Shown in pieces: positions 58,592-64,000 of a stretch of DNA of 64,000 bases. The stretch's first letter is position 1, and each line of letters starts with the position of its first letter. The DNA is from Candidatus Poribacteria bacterium. GTDB taxonomy: Bacteria > Poribacteria > WGA-4E > WGA-3G. The DNA lies in NCBI GenBank assembly GCA_965197475.1, contig CBDANF010000003.1, forward strand, positions 1,216,001-1,280,000, in the 5' to 3' direction. The notes beneath the pieces are model-generated. The model was not told the origin of the DNA and did no database searches. It saw only the letters and a program-made list of their open reading frames with translations. Made by a program: the position numbers and the translations under genes.

Positions 58592-61500
58592 ATGAATCTC
58601 GATAAAATTTACGAATCCGATATTGAAGAAGCTGCGCTCAATTGGTTTGCCGACTTGGGTTATACCGTGTTACACGGTCCTAACATCGCACCAGACGCAC
58701 CTGCCTCTGAACGTTCCACTTACAAGGAAGTCGTTTTGACGCGCCGTTTACAAGATGTTGTTGCCCGCCTAAATCCAAACATACCCACCGAAGCACAGGA
58801 AGAAGCAATCAGCAAAGTGCTTAATCCAGATTCCCCCGCATTGGTTCAGAATAACCGCGCATTTCATCAGATGTTAGTTGACGGTATAGAGGTTGAATAT
58901 CGGCAGACAGACGGAACGGTCCGCGGTGATCGCGTGCGGTTGATTGATTTTGAAACGCCAGAAAACAATGATTGGTTGGCGATCAACCAGTTCACAGTAA
59001 TTGGAGAAAGCGAACGCCGCCCGGACATTGTGCTGTTTATCAATGGACTCCTTTTAGCCATCATAGAACTCAAAAATCCAACTGATGAAAAAGCTACCAT
59101 CTCAACCGCTTTTCGTCAAATTCAAACCTACAAACAGGAAATTCCGACACTGTTCACCTATAACGAAATGGTTGTTATCTCAGATGGATTAGAGGCGCGC
59201 ATCGGGTCTTTAACTGCCGACAAGGAGTGGTTTCTGCCGTGGCGGACAATTGAAGGAGAAAACGAAGCACCATCAACCGAATTAGAATTAGAGGTATTGA
59301 TTAAGGGTGCCTTTCAGAAATACCGATTTTTGCGTTATCTAAAACACTTCATCGTTTTTGAAGAAACAGAGAGCGGAACAATTGCCAAAAAAATCGCCGG
59401 TTATCACCAATTCCATGCTGTCCAAACAGCGGTTGACACAACATTAAAAGCGTCATCTTCCGAAGGAGATCAACAGTGCGGGGTCGTTTGGCATACGCAA
59501 GGCTCTGGCAAAAGCTTAACGATGGCTTTTTACGCTGGCAGCATCGTCCAACATCCGCAGATGGAAAACCCTACCCTTGTCGTTATCACTGACACAAACG
59601 ACCTTGACGATCAACTGTTCGGCGCATTCGCTCGATGTCACCAACTGCTGCGACAGAAACCGGTACAAGCACAAAGTAGGCAAAACTTACGCGAACTTCT
59701 GAAGGTTGCCTCTGGCGGAGTAGTCTTTACCACAGTTCACAAGTTTTTCCCAGAAGGTGAAGAGACACGTTTTCCGCAACTGTCTGACCGCCGAAACATC
59801 GTGGTAATTGCAGACGAAGCACATCGGAGCCAGTACGGCTTTATTGATGGGTTTGCTGCTCACATACGCGATGCGCTTCCGAATGCGTCTTTTATCGGTT
59901 TTACCGGCACCCCAGTTGAACTCACAGATCGTAATACCGTTGCCGTTTTTGGAGATTACATTAGTATCTACGACATCCAACAAGCGGTTGATGATGGCGC
60001 AACCGTACCAATTTTTTATGAAAGCCGTCTTGCCAAAATTGAACTCGACGAAGACGAAAAACCTCACATTGATCCGGAATTCGAAGAACTGACCGAAGCG
60101 GAAGAAATAACACAAAAGGAAAAACTCAAAACCAAGTGGGCGCAGCTTGAAAAGTTAATGGGAACAGAAAAACGACTGGGACTCATCGCAGATGATATAA
60201 TTGAACACTTTGCAGAACGTTTAGAGGTAATAGATGGTAAGGGGATGATTGTCTGTATGAGCCGCCGCATCTGCGTTGACCTCTACAATGCGATTATTCA
60301 ACGCTGTCCAGAGTGGCACAACGACGATGACAAGAAAAGTGCAATAAAAGTCGTGATGACAGGCTCCGCTTCTGATGACGAATCATGGCATCCACATATC
60401 CGAAATAAGAAACGGCGAGAAGAAATGGCAGTCCGATTCAAAAACGCAGAAGACCCGTTCAAACTTGTTATCGTCCGTGATATGTGGTTAACTGGATTTG
60501 ACGCGCCGAGTCTTCACACTATGTATGTAGACAAACCAATGCGTGGACATGGACTCATGCAAGCAATTGCCCGTGTTAATCGCGTGTACCGTGACAAACC
60601 GGGAGGTTTGATAGTAGACTACATAGGACTCGCGTACCATCTAAAACAAGCATTAAGTAATTACACCAAAAGCGGCGGAAAAGGGAATACTACCCTTGAC
60701 AAAAACGAAGCAGTTGCAGTAATGATGGAAAAGCATGAAATTTGCTGTAATTTGTTTCATGGGTTTGACTGGTCATTGTGGACTACAGGGAACGCGGCAG
60801 ATCGGCTCAAATTGCTACCTGCAGCACAAGAACATATCCTGCAACAAAAGGATGGAAAAGAGCGTCTACTGCAAACTGTTTCCGAACTGACCAAGGCATT
60901 TGCACTGGCAGTCCCACATGAAAAAACAACCGAGATACGAGACGATGTCGGATTTTTTCAGACGGTGAGAAAAGTTTTGGCAAAACCGACGGCTGCGGAA
61001 GAAGCACAGTTGGATGCGGCCGATCAAGCGATTAAGCAGTTGGTTTCCAAAGCGGTTGTCCCTGAAGGTGTGATTGATATATTCTCCGCCGCTGGACTGG
61101 AAAAGCCCGATGTCTCGATTCTCTCCGATGAATTCCTTGCTGACGTACAAGACATGCCCCATAAAAACTTGGCAGTTGAACTTTTGGAAAGATTACTTAG
61201 CGGTGAAATTAAAACGCGTTCACAGAAAAACGTTGTACAAAGCCGTTCATTTGCAGAGATGTTGGAACGTTCAATCCGCGCCTATCAGAATCGGACAATT
61301 GAAGCAGCACAAGTAATTGAAGAACTGATCGAAATCGCACAAGAGATGCGTCAAGCGCAAGACCGTGGCGACGCGTTAGGATTGTCAGATGAAGAATTAG
61401 CATTTTATGATGCACTTGAAACTAACGACAGTGCTGTTGAAGTCCTCGGTGATGAAACATTGAAAACCATTGCGATTGAACTTGTAGAAACCGTTCGAAA

Positions 61501-61669
61501 GAGTGTGACCATTGACTGGACAATCAAAGAGAGTGTCCGTGCAAAGATAAGATTAGCGGTAAAACGTATTCTGCGCAAACACGGCTACCCACCTGATAAA
61601 CAGGCAAAAGCCACCCAAACCGTATTAGAGCAGGCAGAAGTCCTGTGTAAGGGTTGGGTGATACAGTAG
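58592..61669 (+). CDS. hsdR: Type I R-M restriction subunit
   Basis: Motifs [24 protein letters not shown] and TGFDAP. Confidence 0.96.
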   Translation: MNLDKIYESDIEEAALNWFADLGYTVLHGPNIAPDAPASERSTYKEVVLTRRLQDVVARLNPNIPTEAQEEAISKVLNPDSPALVQNNRAFHQMLVDGIEVEYRQTDGTVRGDRVRLIDFETPENNDWLAINQFTVIGESERRPDIVLFINGLLLAIIELKNPTDEKATISTAFRQIQTYKQEIPTLFTYNEMVVISDGLEARIGSLTADKEWFLPWRTIEGENEAPSTELELEVLIKGAFQKYRFLRYLKHFIVFEETESGTIAKKIAGYHQFHAVQTAVDTTLKASSSEGDQQCGVVWHTQGSGKSLTMAFYAGSIVQHPQMENPTLVVITDTNDLDDQLFGAFARCHQLLRQKPVQAQSRQNLRELLKVASGGVVFTTVHKFFPEGEETRFPQLSDRRNIVVIADEAHRSQYGFIDGFAAHIRDALPNASFIGFTGTPVELTDRNTVAVFGDYISIYDIQQAVDDGATVPIFYESRLAKIELDEDEKPHIDPEFEELTEAEEITQKEKLKTKWAQLEKLMGTEKRLGLIADDIIEHFAERLEVIDGKGMIVCMSRRICVDLYNAIIQRCPEWHNDDDKKSAIKVVMTGSASDDESWHPHIRNKKRREEMAVRFKNAEDPFKLVIVRDMWLTGFDAPSLHTMYVDKPMRGHGLMQAIARVNRVYRDKPGGLIVDYIGLAYHLKQALSNYTKSGGKGNTTLDKNEAVAVMMEKHEICCNLFHGFDWSLWTTGNAADRLKLLPAAQEHILQQKDGKERLLQTVSELTKAFALAVPHEKTTEIRDDVGFFQTVRKVLAKPTAAEEAQLDAADQAIKQLVSKAVVPEGVIDIFSAAGLEKPDVSILSDEFLADVQDMPHKNLAVELLERLLSGEIKTRSQKNVVQSRSFAEMLERSIRAYQNRTIEAAQVIEELIEIAQEMRQAQDRGDALGLSDEELAFYDALETNDSAVEVLGDETLKTIAIELVETVRKSVTIDWTIKESVRAKIRLAVKRILRKHGYPPDKQAKATQTVLEQAEVLCKGWVIQ

Positions 61670-61847
61670 TTGGGACAGAAGAGAGCACATAATTTTTTGA
61701 TAACTAATTCTTATCCAATTCTAAAAACGGAATATCATTCTTTACGAACATTTATTCATACATCCTTGACAAAATCAAAAGAATTCGTTACACTAAACTA
61801 TTAAAATCATCTCCGCGTTAAGATGCGGAATATCTACGAGGGAAAAA

Positions 61848-62201
61848 ATGTTAGCTGAAATACGTCATAGAGAAGGTGTTATTGTTATTCGTCCCACCGG
61901 TCGCATGATCGGTGCAGCAAATGTTGAAATTAGACAGCAAATTCATGAAGAGCTTGAGGAGCACTTCGATTCACCAAAGGTCATCTTTAATCTTGAGGAG
62001 GTTACCCGAATGGATAGTAGCGGCTTAGGAACACTCGTTTCCGTGCACGTCACTATCACACGTAAGGGGGGACGCACTGCACTCGTCAACGCAGGCGCGC
62101 ATATTAGAAACCTGCTCGTTCTTGGAAGGTTAGCAACCGTTTTTGAGAATTACGACAGTGAAGAGGAAGCAATCCTTGAACTGAGCGCGGACAAGAGTTA
62201 G
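61848..62201 (+). CDS. STAS-domain anti-sigma factor antagonist
   Basis: VTRMDSSGLGTL. Confidence 0.9.
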   Translation: MLAEIRHREGVIVIRPTGRMIGAANVEIRQQIHEELEEHFDSPKVIFNLEEVTRMDSSGLGTLVSVHVTITRKGGRTALVNAGAHIRNLLVLGRLATVFENYDSEEEAILELSADKS

Positions 62202-62282
62202 CTTTTCTAATTTCCACCATTTTGCACCGCTATCAGTAACCACTCAAAATATCATTATGATTGAACGAGATTGAGGAGATTC

Positions 62283-63446
62283 ATGGCAAATCAGAATGAC
62301 CTAACGCTTACTGTCAACGCAGGCTTCCATAACCGGGATGGGTGTCCTGTTGTCGTTAATGTTGACCATCCCGCGGTGAGAGAGTTAATCAATAGCGATG
62401 TCATTTTAACCGATTCAGAAAGCGGAGATGTTATCTCTGCACAATGCTACAAAAGTGACGATCGCGCTTCTACCACCATAGCATGGATACTTGACAGACT
62501 CGCCGCTGGTGCCTCGCGCACCTATACGCTTTCGGAAGGTAGCGTTAACAAGGAAGCAGGTATTGAATTAAAATATGGTACGGAAACAATTGATGTTACA
62601 ATCAACGGACGACCGTTTACCACTTTCCGGTATGCCGAAACGCAGTTTCGTCCCTATTTTTTTTCTGTGTTGGGTCCGAACGGGTGCGAAGTGACACGAG
62701 GTGAAACGAGCGACATCTCAAAAGACCACGTGCATCACCGTTCTCTCTACGTCGCCTATGGTGAAGTTAATGACGTTGACTTGTGGGGAGAAGGTAAAAA
62801 TTGCGGAAGAGTTGTACTTCAAGGTTTCAGACAAAAACATGGGGGTGCTGTTGTCAGTAGAATCTATACTGACAACAGTTGGGAAACGAAAGATGGTGAA
62901 GTCTTGATGGCAGATAAGCAGCATTTTCGCATCTACAACTTGCCTGAGGATGGGGCCGTTGTTGACCTTGATTTAAGTTTTATCGCATCTGCAGGTGATG
63001 TCCATTTTGGTGACACCAAAGAGGGCGGTATCATGTGTATTCGAGTCCATCCGTCAATGAACGCTTCCGACGGTGGAAAGATTGAAAACGCTTTTGGCGG
63101 TATCAATGAAGGTGAAACATGGGGAAAACGTTCCAACTGGTGTGATTATTCCGGTGTCGTTGATAGCACGCCAGTTGGAATCGCTGTGTTCGACCATACT
63201 GTGAATCCACGGTATCCTACATATTGGCACGTTCGCAACTACGGACTAATGGGAAGCAACATTTTTGGAAGCGGCACCTTTGAACGAGACGCATCCAAAG
63301 ATGGTTCCTACACGCTAAAGCAAGGCGATGAGATGCACTTCCGGTTCCGTGTGCTTATTCATGCTGGCGATGCTACTGTCGGCAAAGTTGGACAGAAGTA
63401 CCACGATTTTATCAATCCTCCGACCGTTGAGATTTCAGAAGAATAG
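62283..63446 (+). CDS. PmoA-like (PF14100-type) beta-sandwich protein of unknown function
   Basis: Motifs DHVHHRSL, DTKEGG and WHVRNYGLM. Confidence 0.75.
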   Translation: MANQNDLTLTVNAGFHNRDGCPVVVNVDHPAVRELINSDVILTDSESGDVISAQCYKSDDRASTTIAWILDRLAAGASRTYTLSEGSVNKEAGIELKYGTETIDVTINGRPFTTFRYAETQFRPYFFSVLGPNGCEVTRGETSDISKDHVHHRSLYVAYGEVNDVDLWGEGKNCGRVVLQGFRQKHGGAVVSRIYTDNSWETKDGEVLMADKQHFRIYNLPEDGAVVDLDLSFIASAGDVHFGDTKEGGIMCIRVHPSMNASDGGKIENAFGGINEGETWGKRSNWCDYSGVVDSTPVGIAVFDHTVNPRYPTYWHVRNYGLMGSNIFGSGTFERDASKDGSYTLKQGDEMHFRFRVLIHAGDATVGKVGQKYHDFINPPTVEISEE

Positions 63447-63659
63447 GTCCGACTACATAGTATCTGAACAGAATAGGCATGAACTAACAAATTATAGTTG
63501 GTGTTATCCAGCAATATCTAAATTGTCAAATACATCTCCACTGATTTTTTCAGTTGAGATTTCTTGACAATTAAAGGACTTACACATTATCCTGTGTCCT
63601 TTTATAATTTGCGTCCATCCTGATTATATAGTGAAATCTAAAAATATGTGCACACTCCC

Positions 63660-63886
63660 TGGTAGATGCGGTTTGCTAACCGCATCTATGAGACTGAATA
63701 AACACGGTTCGGTTAGGAAACCGAACCTACCGTAGTGTATAAATAATTATACGACTTGTGCCAGTTAACCATTTGTTTTGTTGTTTTTCACAAATATCTA
63801 TTTTAGTTATAAACATATCGTCCCTACGGGACTGGAGAGAGGGTGTCCGATGTTTTTTCTATAAACATATCGTCCCTACGGGACTG
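63660..63886. repeat. REP-like cluster
   Basis: Inverted GTAG hairpins at 63661-63733; direct repeats TATAAACATATCGTCCCTACGGGACTG at 63808 and 63860. Confidence 0.7.
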
Positions 63887-64000
63887 AAGAACGTACCGCA
63901 GCTATAAAGTTTAGAAAATATGTTGGACATTTTAGAGAAGCATGGACAAAGGACACTTCATCTGTGAATATTATTGGACAAAAGTTATTTAGCACAACTC

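Noticed and set aside
62283-63446. Methane monooxygenase
   Set aside because: The PmoA-like label refers to a soluble family. There are no TM helices and no pmoB/pmoC.
63808-63886. Two 27-nt direct repeats with a spacer (also 9812-9888) resembling a mini-CRISPR
   Set aside because: Only two units, 25-nt spacers, no cas genes, and variants are dispersed in both orientations. They fit REP-like repeats better.

Overview
A 64-kb bacterial chromosome segment. The inferred source is Candidatus Poribacteria, based on several PhyH dioxygenases, LamG and NHL proteins, a sulfatase, a membrane-fused ECF sigma factor, and five exported proteins ending in a KLATTW-type tail. The metabolic and housekeeping genes include gnd, queF, a glnT-type ligase, a nagB-like deaminase, nusB and ggt. 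They are interspersed with many mobile elements: a 1970-bp IS1595-family element with 29-bp perfect inverted repeats (IRs), passenger genes and a predicted structured RNA; an intact IS982; an IS5/ISL2-like element; remnants of IS1, IS630 and IS4-like elements; and several MITE families that enclose REP-like hairpins, one of which has inactivated an oxidoreductase. The most notable systems are (i) a type I restriction-modification (R-M) operon with an embedded ABC ATPase plus DUF4276/TOPRIM-like pair, a candidate PARIS- or PrrC-like guard module; (ii) the IS1595-borne kissing-loop ncRNA candidate; (iii) a BlaI/BlaR1-like system whose sensor is a pilin-like/TPR/thioredoxin module, with a free-standing paralog downstream; and (iv) a candidate C-terminal protein-sorting signal. 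I saw no rRNA, tRNA or CRISPR array. All family assignments come from motif recognition by eye; no database searches were run.
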